A stretch of DNA of 59,500 nucleotides, filler included, from Sphacelaria rigidula (lineage: Eukaryota), in NCBI GenBank assembly GCA_964200075.2. It is 5 parts of 5 records of this genome, joined end to end, with 100 filler letters (N's around TTAATTAATTAA, not from the genome) between each part and the next. Parts side by side here need not be neighbours in the genome. Positions count along the whole stretch, not along the records: positions 35,763 to 47,582 come from CAXNAA020004463.1; positions 47,683 to 59,500 come from CAXNAA020004464.1; 3 more parts are not named here. One strand, 5' to 3'. The stretch's first letter is position 1; each line of letters opens with the position of its first letter. Below the pieces are notes generated by a model. It searched no databases, was not told the origin of the DNA, and saw only the letters and a list, made by a program, of their open reading frames with translations. A program made the position numbers and the translations under genes. Shown one piece after another: positions 44,985-56,099 of the stretch.

Positions 44985-45786
44985 CAAGCGTTCCTTCAAC
45001 GAACCGTTCAACACACCGTAGACTGCGGCAGCACTCGAAACTCGATGCAAGCATATCTTGCAGCGCAATAGGCTATGTGGAGAGAGTTGCACCCGCCACC
45101 GGAACGATCGACTCGAGGGGGGATTGCTCTTGCCTTTTTTTTGGAGTCAAGCCGCCCGTATGCTCACATGATTCGATGCTCCGCTCTGTGGGTACAACCG
45201 AGGTCGCGAACAGGAGGCGGCACGCCCCTGTAATAAGCATAAACGCACGCCCCACACTAATTCCTCTGGTGATTGAGTGTTTGAGAGTAGGCGATGCCAG
45301 TACGTTTGTGACAGCATGGGCAGGGTGGTCATGTTTGGACAGCAACGACGACGTTGGCGTTCTTCCACGTTCAGATCTATCTTTCCGACACCACCTATCA
45401 ACATGCCCTGACCGTCAGAATCTCGCGACAAATATCCTGTGGTCCTGTGTACAACTGACCGTGTGCACCCGAAGCGTGATCAGAGAATGGGACACATGTC
45501 GACAAGAATCGGGATCTTTAGATCTTTTCACCTGCCTGACTGGTGGGATTGTTTCAGTGGTATGCCACCTGACACGCGGCAAGTGGGTCACCATTCTACC
45601 GAACGTGGAGCTCGTAAGAAAGACACCGTCGTACTAGATACTGAGAAAGATATTATCGAAGAATATGGCTTATTAGTACTCATGCGAGACTGGTATGACC
45701 CAGATACGTTGTCGAATTTCGAGTGCAGGTGGCGTTGTGGGTAAAGGTAGGTAACGTGTGCCGATTGTGACCTGCAACTTACCGCG

Positions 45787-46208
45787 ATATAACAGAGGAT
45801 TCTATATAATGAGGTTCATCAATGAAAGGAGGTTCGAGCTCAAAACAGTACTTTTTCCAAGCTTTCAGCGATGGTGCCCAACGACTTTCTTGTCGGCCTA
45901 ATGCCCCTCGATCGCGTAGATATTCTTCAGCGCATTTTATCGACCCTGTGAGCTTACAGCGCTGTCCGAAACCGCCATTTCTACTTATTTTTTAGAAGTA
46001 GTGATATCAGGGGAAACAGCGGTTTTGGTCAGCGCTGTAAGCTTACTGAGTCGGTAAAATGCGCTGAAAACGTATCCACGCGATCGAGGGGCATTAGGCC
46101 GAAAACAAAGTCATCGGGCACCATCGCTGAAAGGGTGGAGAAAGTACTGTTTTGGGCTCGAACCTCATTTAATTGATGAACCTCATTTTATAGAATCCTC
46201 TATTATAT
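45787..46208. mobile_element. ~420-bp fold-back MITE with ~190-bp inverted arms
   Basis: ATATAACAGAGGATTCTATATAATGAGGTTCATCAAT ... ATTGATGAACCTCATTTTATAGAATCCTCTATTATAT. Confidence 0.88.
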
Positions 46209-46338
46209 GTTCTCGCCGTCCCTCGCTCTACCCCCCCCCCCCCCCCCCCCCCCCTCTCCTTTACACAACCCACTACACTGCCGCCCGCAGCCTGCACACC
46301 ACAACAGTCAAGAAGCAGGCAACCGTTGTTTCAGCCCA

Positions 46339-46750
46339 ATGGATTCCCCTGATGTCAGAAGTCAGCCGTCAGGTACAGTAGCGCCAGTACAGCAGAACAT
46401 GGAATCCCTTCTAACCCGCCACTACGTAGGTACGTTTCCGATAAAGTTATCTCAAATCGCCATGACGTCCCTCACCCGCGAGCTGAACCCTCGTGGAGTG
46501 GAGAAGGTCATCCCTTCGTTGAAGTCAAAGGGGTGGCTCACGCACAATCCGCCAGCCATAGTGATGCCACATGAAGGTGTCCCGGAGGATGGAGGAATAA
46601 CGTCGGAGTTTCTCTCGACGTGTCAGTTTCGCGTCTTGGACGGAAATCATCGGATATCCGCGGCGAGGTCGATTTTCGAGAAAGATCACTGCGTGCCGTG
46701 TCGAGTGCACCATGAATTCGGGCCAGAGGTCATGCGAATCCTTGGAGACG
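46339..46750 (+). CDS. ParB/Sulfiredoxin-like N-terminal domain protein, first coding exon
   Basis: RELNPRGVEKVIPSLKSKGWL...PAIV...FRVLDGNHRISAAR...VPCRV (ParB Box I/II-like, DGxHR); ends at canonical G|GTGAGT donor. Confidence 0.72.
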
Positions 46751-47196
46751 GTGAGTCACAATATTGACCTATGGCATTGTCTATAGCCACGTGCCTCCGC
46801 AATCGTTTCGAAAGCGTTGAACTATCTGATGCAAGATAAAAACTTGTCGCACGCCCTAGTGTTTAAAAAATGCCAGCATAATGATTGAGTCATCCAATTT
46901 AAGTATGCAAAAAAAAATGTGTCGGGGTTGAGCGTGAACGCTGAGCATGAGGATGACAACCCCGTCCTCCGCCTGTCCCGGCCAGGGATGTCACGACTGA
47001 TGTCATTGGGGGGGGGGGGTGTTGTGGCTGCACACTAGTTTAGCGCCAGAAATTCAGGCTCGGCCTCTAACACGGCTTGTCCGCGGGTCTATGGTCCAAA
47101 CGACGGTTCGCGCATGCCTGAGGCGTAGACCTTGGATCCTTGGCTACTTTTCCTCGCGTTTTTCGGGTACTGTTTTCATGCTTTCCGCCTCTTTTC

Positions 47197-47445
47197 GACA
47201 CTTTCTACGATAGCCCCCCCCCAAAACCAGCCCCAAAGTGTCACGAAATAAATGGCCATACAGCGCCTGATCTCCGGGTTCAAGCTGCATGAAGCGCCTC
47301 ATACTCGCAACATTAGCGAGAACGAACCCAAGCGTGGGAATTCCCAGCTACTCGTTGTGCTTGGCTTTTTCTATTTCGATTTACGTGTAGATTTTGCCTC
47401 CCCAAAACCATCCACTTTCTTGGGGGGGCTATCGTAGAAAGTGTC
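47197..47445. mobile_element. GAC...GTC MITE, 249 bp
   Basis: Perfect TIR GACACTTTCTACGATAGCCCCCC; flanks TTTC/TTTT. Confidence 0.85.
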
Positions 47446-47582
47446 TTTTTTTCGTTTTCAGCGCATTTTTTGTTCTGTTTTTACGCCTTTTTTTTTTTTT
47501 GCAGTTGCTTTCGAATTTTGTCACATTATGCACTCCCGCCCCTCCCCCCCCCCCGACTTGGGGGGGGGTGGGGGGGGGGAGG

Positions 47583-47682
47583 NNNNNNNNNNNNNNNNNN
47601 NNNNNNNNNNNNNNNNNNNNNNNNNNTTAATTAATTAANNNNNNNNNNNNNNNNNNNNNNNNNNNNNNNNNNNNNNNNNNNN
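47583..47682. other. Artificial spacer
   Basis: N44-TTAATTAATTAA-N44. Confidence 0.97.
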
Positions 47683-48433
47683 GGATTCTGGAGAAGTCCC
47701 TCACTGAATAGCCCTCTTGTCCAGATCGCCTGGCAGAGGCTATACACTTCGTAGTCCAAGCCGATGTTTCATATTTTATAGCTTATATGTTAAAGGTGTT
47801 GTCGATGATTTTTTCTTGTTACAGACTGACTGCACACAGCGGGTACGGCTTCTTGCCTTGCGTCATTGTGCGTATCTCTCCTTTCCCGTTCTAGGGACAA
47901 GGCGTATCAGATAATACTTTTTCTGTCAGCACCCGATGACATGGGCTACGAATGAAACAACGAGTAGTTCATGTGTCGGGAAACCGCCCTTGATCATGGC
48001 AGGATCATACCTCGCTTGTGCGCAAAGTTGTGGTGACCTCGATCGAGTGAAGGAGAAGTAAGGATTCTACGTACGACGCGTACTACTGACTGTACCTCCC
48101 AGCACCCCCTTAGCTCACAGCTGTCAGCACGCCAATCCATCAATATGTCCGCTTGCAGCGGCCAAGCAAACACCAGAGGCATATTTCACCATCAAGGATG
48201 CCTAAATGGTTTCCATGGCCGTGCATTATATACCGCTCAAGTTGTGCTGCCTCTATTTGTGCTGTGCAGTGGATAGCAAGTGCGGATTTAACCCCTCCCT
48301 GCTTTAAACTTACTCAAGTTGGTTTCTCAGTTTTCTTCATCAACCTAACGTGAGAATGAACCGTACGTTCTCAAAAATGAGGGTGACAAACAAACCCATT
48401 AAAGCCCGTTATTGTTCTTTTTTCCCGCTATAG

Positions 48434-48969
48434 GCTGACAAAAAGGCGTAGACGAATTTCACAACTTACACTTGTCGATACATGTTGCATATTACCTCTA
48501 CAGTTTGTCGACGTCCCGCAATGTACAGCATTAATTGGCCAAAGAATATGCTGGCGCAAGAGACGGGTTGGCATGTGTTATGCCAACAAGATATGGACCA
48601 ATGCAAATATGTGATATAAACATTAGCCGTACGATGTCGCCGGCCATGCATGACACCGATAAATATGGTTTCACAATGTGTTACTTGGTGAGTATGCCGA
48701 CATATGTTGTTTTGGTACTATATTCGACGCCAAACAAGCGCATATGCATTGACCGTGCAATATGTTTCACACCCGAAAGTGGAGATATATTTCTGAGCAA
48801 TGCTACGGTAGGGGTGCACTTTTTGCGCAAACTCTGGTCTGGTTCAGGGGCTCCTAACGATTCTACCTGCACAAGAGTGTTGGTCAGGGCATCCCCGTTT
48901 GCAAATCCATTCGGGGTATCCCTAGCACATTGGAAAATTAATCCTGGCGTACGCTCACATATGCCATAA
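48434..48969 (+). pseudogene. Possible 2OG-Fe(II) oxygenase/DSBH-fold exon relic
   Basis: AMHDTD ... FTPESGDIFLSNATVGVH ... RVLVRA spacing; TAG| acceptor at ~48433; one in-frame TAA just upstream of 48535. Confidence 0.3.
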
Positions 48970-51949
48970 GTCATGTTTTTGATGGAATATGGGGCTCCTA
49001 ACAATTCTAACCCGAGAAAATATTTTTGCACCGCTACCGCAGCATAAGTCTTCTGGCGTAATGTGTTGTGCGTAAAAAAAGAGTGAAATGTATGTTGAGC
49101 GTGCGATATATGGGCGGGGTGACAGGTACAATATATGCCGACGCGCGGTGTGTGTATATATATATATATATATTGGGTCTTCAATAGAACACACTAATAT
49201 GTGCGTGGAAATGAATATGGAGTGCACTTTCAGGCTCGCTGGTGGTAGTCAACGTATTGCTAGGTGCTCAACACCTCCAAGATATTTTCCCGATACACCA
49301 TGAGTGTATATTATCCCGAATATATCGGCCACCGGAATATATCGGGGACCAGCGGTGTGTAATATATATCGCGATAGCAATGCCTTCTGCATAGATCGAA
49401 TTCAGCCTATGTTATCGTCACAACATGTCATGTTTCCTCTTGACTCGATACATGCCGACCTGTCGAATATCTACTGCCGGCGGGGAAAGCACATATCGCG
49501 ACATATGTTCCGTGCGCAACCTCGTGTCCAACGTATGCCGGCACGAACCGCCTCAGCTTGGCGATGTGAACAACATATAGTGCCTCTACAACGCCCCCCA
49601 CGAGAGCACACACTAACATGTGTTTCAAGACCCAATGTTGTGGCGCTTTGATATCGACTTATATCGAAAAACTCATCGACCTGTCAAAGGTGTAAGCAGC
49701 ATTACGCCGTCTATTTCAAGCGCGTACATGAAGCATGTTTGGGCTGCTCGATACCCGCTCGGGGATTTTCAATTGTGGAGTTAAACGCCCCTAAGACTAT
49801 AAGCGCACCTGATGCGTTTCGTGCTGGGGATAACAACTCTCCAAGACTTTTCCAACCACGGAGGGTAACACCTCGGAATTGTCACCACGGACAACAACAC
49901 TCCCCTGCAGAATTTCTGACAAAGATACATAGCAACCTCCCAAGAGCATCCTTCCCAACCTGTATGAGCCCATCCGACCTGCGTGGATTTTCCATACTGA
50001 GGAAAATACTATCTCAGGGGTTTACCGATCACGAACGTTAGCACCCCCTGGGGAATTGTTCAAACGGCTGATATCATCACCCCCACATCGAATTCTTGAT
50101 CACGAGATATAACGCCTCACACACAAAAAAACACCTACATTAGGAGTAGGAACAGTGCGCCGTCTCTAAAGGGATGCATGGTCAATGGTTGAACGACTAA
50201 GGCAAGCGACGAATGAGTACGCCCCCTCCCCCCACAAATATATATATGTATATATCACCCCCCAAACGAGCAATAAGTGCCTACCCAACCTACCTGTGTT
50301 TTTTTCACACTGGGTTAACGCCCTTCGAGGGCTCTCTCAATTATAGAAACGTTTCAACCACATGCACATGGTAATTTGTGCTGGTCCTCGTGCCGAACGC
50401 CACTGAAAGAATTCGACGACAGAACAATCTGCCAACTGTACTGTCCGGCGAGATGTGATCACGGCTTTCACTATACTGAGCAAATACGGCACCGTTTGCT
50501 GAGCTCTCTGTCCCGCCGTACCATTTTTTTTTAATGAATGATTGATTGTAGCACGTTAACTTGTCTCCCCGGGATCCAGCCGTGGTTACATGATAGACGT
50601 ACCCGAGACAAAAAAAAAACATTGGAACAATCGCTGAAGAAAAGTGAAGAAAAAGCAGAAAGGGTAGAAGAGACAAACATAGTAGACGATGAGAATAAAA
50701 AATGGGGAAAAGAAATAAATAGAAATGGCCAGCCTCTCCCGCATGGCTTAGGTAGAAAAGTTCTTGCGCAGAAACCGGACACATACCCAATCGTGAAAAA
50801 CAAAAGGCCGTGGAGAAAGACTGTGGCTCATCTACTACGACTTCACCATTTTGGGTATGAAACCTCTCATCCGTGAACCCTTTGGAAGCGAGGCACCAAA
50901 CTGCTCTGGCATACACCGGGATGAAAGAACAAATGCATCGAGAGAAAGACAGGGAAAGGGAGAACAGAGAAGGAGACTGCAAAAGTGGTGAAACCCAAAG
51001 GGTTCAGAGCAACACAGCAGATACAAACACACCAGGGGGCACCGTAGATCCACGGACCAAGGACAAAATCAATACCAACAACTAAGGACACATCTCGAGT
51101 CTGTACTACCAACACAGTCGGTACTCTACCGTTGGTCGTGATACTACCCACGAACGATTTCGTGATAAACATGAGGATAGTCACCGGGAAGTTTGTGGAA
51201 CGTTAAAGCGAGAAGTTCCCGCCTTTCCACGACGCAATGAGTACTCCGTCGTGAATAGTAAACGTGAAGGTCAACATTGCTGCATCTTCAGTCCGCAGGC
51301 TGTGATCATTCTATCTTTATCTGTGAGTCAATGCCATGGTGCAATCGTAATATCTTGGTCGCATCCCGCCACCACTAGCGACGACAAAAATACGACCTCA
51401 GGCACGTGAAGAACACCGCAGTTGCTTAAAGGTGGACTCGCCTTCGTCTCACCGTGTGCAAACCAGTAGAATAAAAAATTTAATAATCAAACCCCGATGA
51501 AAAACGAAACCGTTGCTGCTTTGACAAGCACCCGCTGATTCAATCACACACTTAATCTTCATGCGATCACTATATTCTATGCCTCCTGAAGCACCACCGA
51601 CACCCCGAGCAGTACCCCCTGAGCCAAAATAGGTGTTTCTCGACTTATAGTCTATCTTTGTTCTTTTTTTTGAAAACGAGGTTGTATACGTTTGGGGTAG
51701 TGCTGCACGAATATAGAACACAACATAGGTACGTTCACTCCCACACTGCATGATAAATCAGTCGCACAAAAATGTGAATACGATTAATCATGCAAGAATC
51801 GCGGGTAGGGAGTATGCACACGACAGACGAATGAATCATGATTTATCCAGTTTCAACTTTTGCACGAATCAATCATGCGATTCATAGAAGAACTTGTGAT
51901 TTATGTGGCGCTACATGAAACGTGCGGAATCCCGCTCGTTATCATGCGG

Positions 51950-52245
51950 TACACTCTCGTTGCTACATTTCCTCATCTGTTTCATGCGGCATGAATCACG
52001 CGTACATGTTCCCAACGTGTGACTCACACGACATGAACCATACGCACACGTTTCCCATCCTCAATCCATACGGCTTGAATTTAATGTACATTTTTCCCTT
52101 CTGTCAGTTGTACGGCATGATTCACGCGTACATATTTCCCCATTTATCATTCATACGCATGAATCGAACGGATTATTCTCTGACACATTGTTCGAGTGAC
52201 ATGAAGCAAATGCACATTATCCCAGCTACCGTTTCATGCGCCATG
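51950..52245 (+). repeat. Degenerate 42-bp tandem array (~6-7 units)
   Basis: Approximate consensus CATTCATACGGCATGAATCACGCGTACATGTTTCCCACCTGT; 14-aa periodicity in ORF 51922. Confidence 0.7.
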
Positions 52246-53184
52246 CTCCCTTCGGTTCATGAAGCACGACTCTTTGCCACATTTTCACACCACCCTAAAT
52301 TCGTGCGGCACGACTTCGGCGCACTGTCGCAAACCTAACCTGTGGTTGATGATGCACATATAGGTATAGTATATCCATTTATACATGTCTTCAGGAGTCG
52401 GAACTGTTCCATCATTCGGGACAAATGCATCGTGGGGTATGAGAGACTGGGGGGGGGGGGGTTAGTAGTCATGAGAACGTTAATATTTGCTTTCCTCCAA
52501 GGTTTCAATGTTCTCGACTCTCTGGCGCAGAGCAGGCCATCTGGATCTTGCCCTCATTTTCGAAGTCATCTTTGATGGTTCTCGAATATTGGAGCCTCGA
52601 CATTGGCAAGAGGTGCAGAATAACACAAGCACAACAGGGTATCACATATGGAGTGGGTGGGAGTCGTGCGCCGAGTCGTGCGTCGATGCGCACGACTCCC
52701 ACCCCATAGGCCACCACTCTTCGAAATCGCCATCACGACGCAACGTGATGTCAGGGTAATCCCCCTGCGTTATCCTCTTTTTTACGATAAAAAATAGTTT
52801 ATCGTGGGTCGTGGGTACTTAGGTCGCATTACATGGCATGTTAAAGGTAGCATGTGCCCGTGCCGATAAAGAGACAACAAGTGTGCGCCGATCGGGGAGG
52901 TGTCAGCAGTTCCATCCCCATGCAGTATGTAATCAGCAGGTATTCATTTCTGTTTGTATATTGAAAGTAACATATATGAGGGAGCAAAATCTTGCTTCTG
53001 ATAATGTGCTATGTTCACGCTGTGCGTGTTTGAATAAAAAACGGCGTCGTACTCTTAACTAAGCGTTCTTCAAGGCGCGAGAGTTATAGTCCGCGGATAA
53101 CGCAAAGAGTGAGTTCTTGGTTGTTTCCACGACTCACATTGTACGATTCCTCTACTAACGAGGATTCGTCCTCGGTTCCAGCCA

Positions 53185-53420
53185 ATGGTTTATTCATATG
53201 GCATAAATAGAACGTGCATATTCCTCACCTGTCATTCATACGGCGTGAGTCAAGCGCACTTCTTTCTTCTTTACCATTCACACGGCACACATGATGCCCA
53301 CATGTTTCCCGCCTGTCATTCATTTGGCATGAGTCGAGGGAAGATATGCCTCACTGCCATTTGCACGCCATGGACCAAGCGTGCATACTTTCCAACTGTA
53401 ATTTATATGGTATGTTTTCC
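53185..53420 (+). repeat. Second degenerate 42-bp tandem array (~5 units) with the same consensus
   Basis: TGTCATTCATACGGCGTGAGTCAAGCGCAC-type units; 14-aa periodicity in ORF 53185. Confidence 0.65.
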
Positions 53421-56099
53421 ATGCCTATCGCGATGTTTCGTTGGATACGGAAATGAGCCTCCGTGCTGCTTACATACCCGCAGTCAAACCCTATATGCTC
53501 TTGGAGGCCAGCACCGATGTGACAGCCCTTATATATCGCTTTAGTTCCGGCTGCTACACCCCTGGCACGAAGCGCTGACTGCCGGGAGGGATGTCCTACA
53601 ACGTGCCCCTGGAGAAGACGGTTGACCATGCAACCATCCTGTCCACCTCTCCAGGGTTCAAACCCGGTATGTCGGCAGAAGCACGCACGATGCCGTATGT
53701 GCACCACACAGAGCGCTAGGGCAGCAGTAGATCGTTCGCACCGAGGGTAAACCACTGGCTGGATGGCCAACTCCATGATGAGTTAGTTGTTGAAAGGGTA
53801 GGTCGGCGATGGCACTGTGTTGTCGACCTATCACGATCTCAAACCCGACATATACCGCGAAACCCAACCCATCGCAGTGCGCCCTAACAAGAACCTGGAC
53901 AGCAGGGACGGTTTCATGCGTGGAGCGCACCACCACTAAATCAGCGACGAGCTGAGGGATGTCCAACAGAAGGGAGGTTGTTTGCACGGGCGTGCCCTTT
54001 CACCCATGCCTCTCCACATGGTAGCTGCCTAGAGTCGCGGTGAGGATGATGGTAATGGTGGTTTTAGGAGCATCACAGGTTATCTCTGCCTGCTGTGCTC
54101 TGTGTACTGGGTTCTGCAACATGCGCGAGGGTTACTCACGGTGATAGTATTGAGTGGGCGAGGGGAGACGCAAGATGCTTGACTGTTTCGTCTGCGAATT
54201 CGTGAAGGATGGACGGGTACTGTGTGGTCGAGCCAAAATACCGTCGCCGGGATGTACTCGCTGAGGTTGTTTGTGAGTGGTGTCTGTGCTAAAACCTTCC
54301 GTGGTATGATTTCTTTCTCCCGCGGTGTCCAGAGACGTGCATGTTTACTGACCATTTCACGGAGTATTCCTCGTTGACCCTGAGCCTTTGTGTTCGTCTC
54401 AGTGTGACTAACCGATCTAATCCGCCACTACAAGAGATGAAAATGGGCCGAGGCCTCCTACTTTGACATCATATCCACTTCCAGTTTTTTTCACTAGTTT
54501 GTTCGTCATTTGGAAATTACTCAGGCGGGGTTCTGGTTGCACCATCATCTGGTTCTTGTTATAGGCGGCAAAAGCAAGTTTTGAAACAACATAAACACAG
54601 GGGTGCGAGCACTCCCTTCGAACGAGACCACAATAGCCGCCTTGTTCATCCGAAGAGTGAAGCGGATGCGCGCACCACTTCGCGCACGCTACTTGCACGC
54701 CAAAGCGGCGTACCAGTTGCCCGCTGACTGCGTATGATGTACGACAATATTTCTCTGGCCGGCCGTAGATTTGGGCCAACAGGCAAAGCTTCACTCTCTT
54801 GACTGCGAGGTCGTGTGTTTGAGCCCATGAATGCGTACTAATGCAAACGATTGTGACTTCATTTTAATGTGAGAATGCCCCTGCAATAAAGAATATCCCA
54901 AAAAAAATCAATATCAGGAGGTGAGGGAGGAGTTGAGGTATGTTTATGACCAACTAACTGCTGGCGACCTGCTACAAGCTTGTAACCTACGTTTGCTAAA
55001 GTCTGTGTAGAGCGGTTTTCATCATATTTTCGTCGTTGGCAATTTGTTGACGTTTTTCGCGAGGAACCACTCATCACAGTGAACGTTTGATTCCACAGAT
55101 TTGGGGATTGAGAGAGACTAGCATCCGCTCGACATTCCGGTAAGAAAAATCACTTATGTGCTCAATATTGAACGACTCAAGGACCTGACCGATCCTCGAG
55201 GGTCCTGACTGCATAGCCCCAGGTTTTGGCTATTCAGTATATTTGCTCGATTGAACTACTTCCATCATTCTCGTGAACAAATATACAGAACAAACGTTTC
55301 TCAATTTCTCCTTACTCATTGCTCTCTAGCCAAAAACCCGTGATTTTTGGACCAGTGACGGGCAATAATACCCCCTGATGAACGAGGTCTTTACTCGGTA
55401 TCACCCCGACAACACCAACTTGGGTATCGTGTCGTGAGCGCGATTCACTTCGTTTCTCCAGATTTTCCGACTAAAGCACGAAGCAAGTTAAGAACAAGAT
55501 GCGAGAAAATCCAGAAAAATGCTCAACTACGTATACGGAAGTTGATAGTGAGTGTTATTGACCGCCCTTGATCCAAATAACATTTCGTTTTGCTCAAGCG
55601 CAATGACTAGGTAAAAATCCAAGACCTTGGGTCTGTCATTTTTTTTTATGAAAACGATCAGGATTGGTTCTCCCTTTACTATACAAAGTAATTGACTGAG
55701 TTTGTTTGACGTGAGCTGACGCGGTGCGGGAGTGTTGGTCATGATCCAATCCGCGACACCAAAATGCAAGGCGTGTACCGGGGGAAAATGGGTTGATCCC
55801 TTGAGACTTTTGGCTCGTCCCGAGGACGGGGAGGAGTTCGAAGTGAGACAAATAAAAACATGAAAGAAAAAAATATTATACATAGGTCAGTTGAGCAATT
55901 ACCGAATCCCGCCACACCAGGCGTTCCAACAGCAACGGCGTACAAAACGCATTTATGCAACCGTCCCTGTGGTTTTTCCTGGTGCAGGCTGCACGGGGAT
56001 CAGCCGCAGCCATCGTTGCACGATGCGAGCACAGCAGCAACCCCGACGGCAGTGGAGCCTGGCTGGGGTTGGAACTCGTGAGCCTGTGTAACTACATAC

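Larger units (their letters stand above)
36001..45072 (-). pseudogene. Intron-containing DUF7869-type / Sola-like DDD transposase pseudogene; exons ~45072-44985+42367-42130, 40557-40419, 39395-39147, 38985-~38925, ~38179-37981, 37677-37428, 36436-36001
   Basis: Motifs in the expected order: CCRSLRCVERF, VCNQFFTRAFGVS, FMKCNAC, HLHLV...RRYE, IMAVLVEG, GGGSN, QFDNCVGENKN, FMIVGHTHIMIDQVFSRI, VNFKGAL..GITSPRSF. GT-AG boundaries are phase-compatible at most junctions. In-frame TAA at 36394-36396 and a TE insertion disrupt it. Confidence 0.8.

Noticed and set aside
34297-47445. The two GAC MITEs as the ends of one 13-kb transposon enclosing the transposase and ParB exon
   Set aside because: Each is a complete MITE with its own TIR pair and different flanks, and a spacer lies between them
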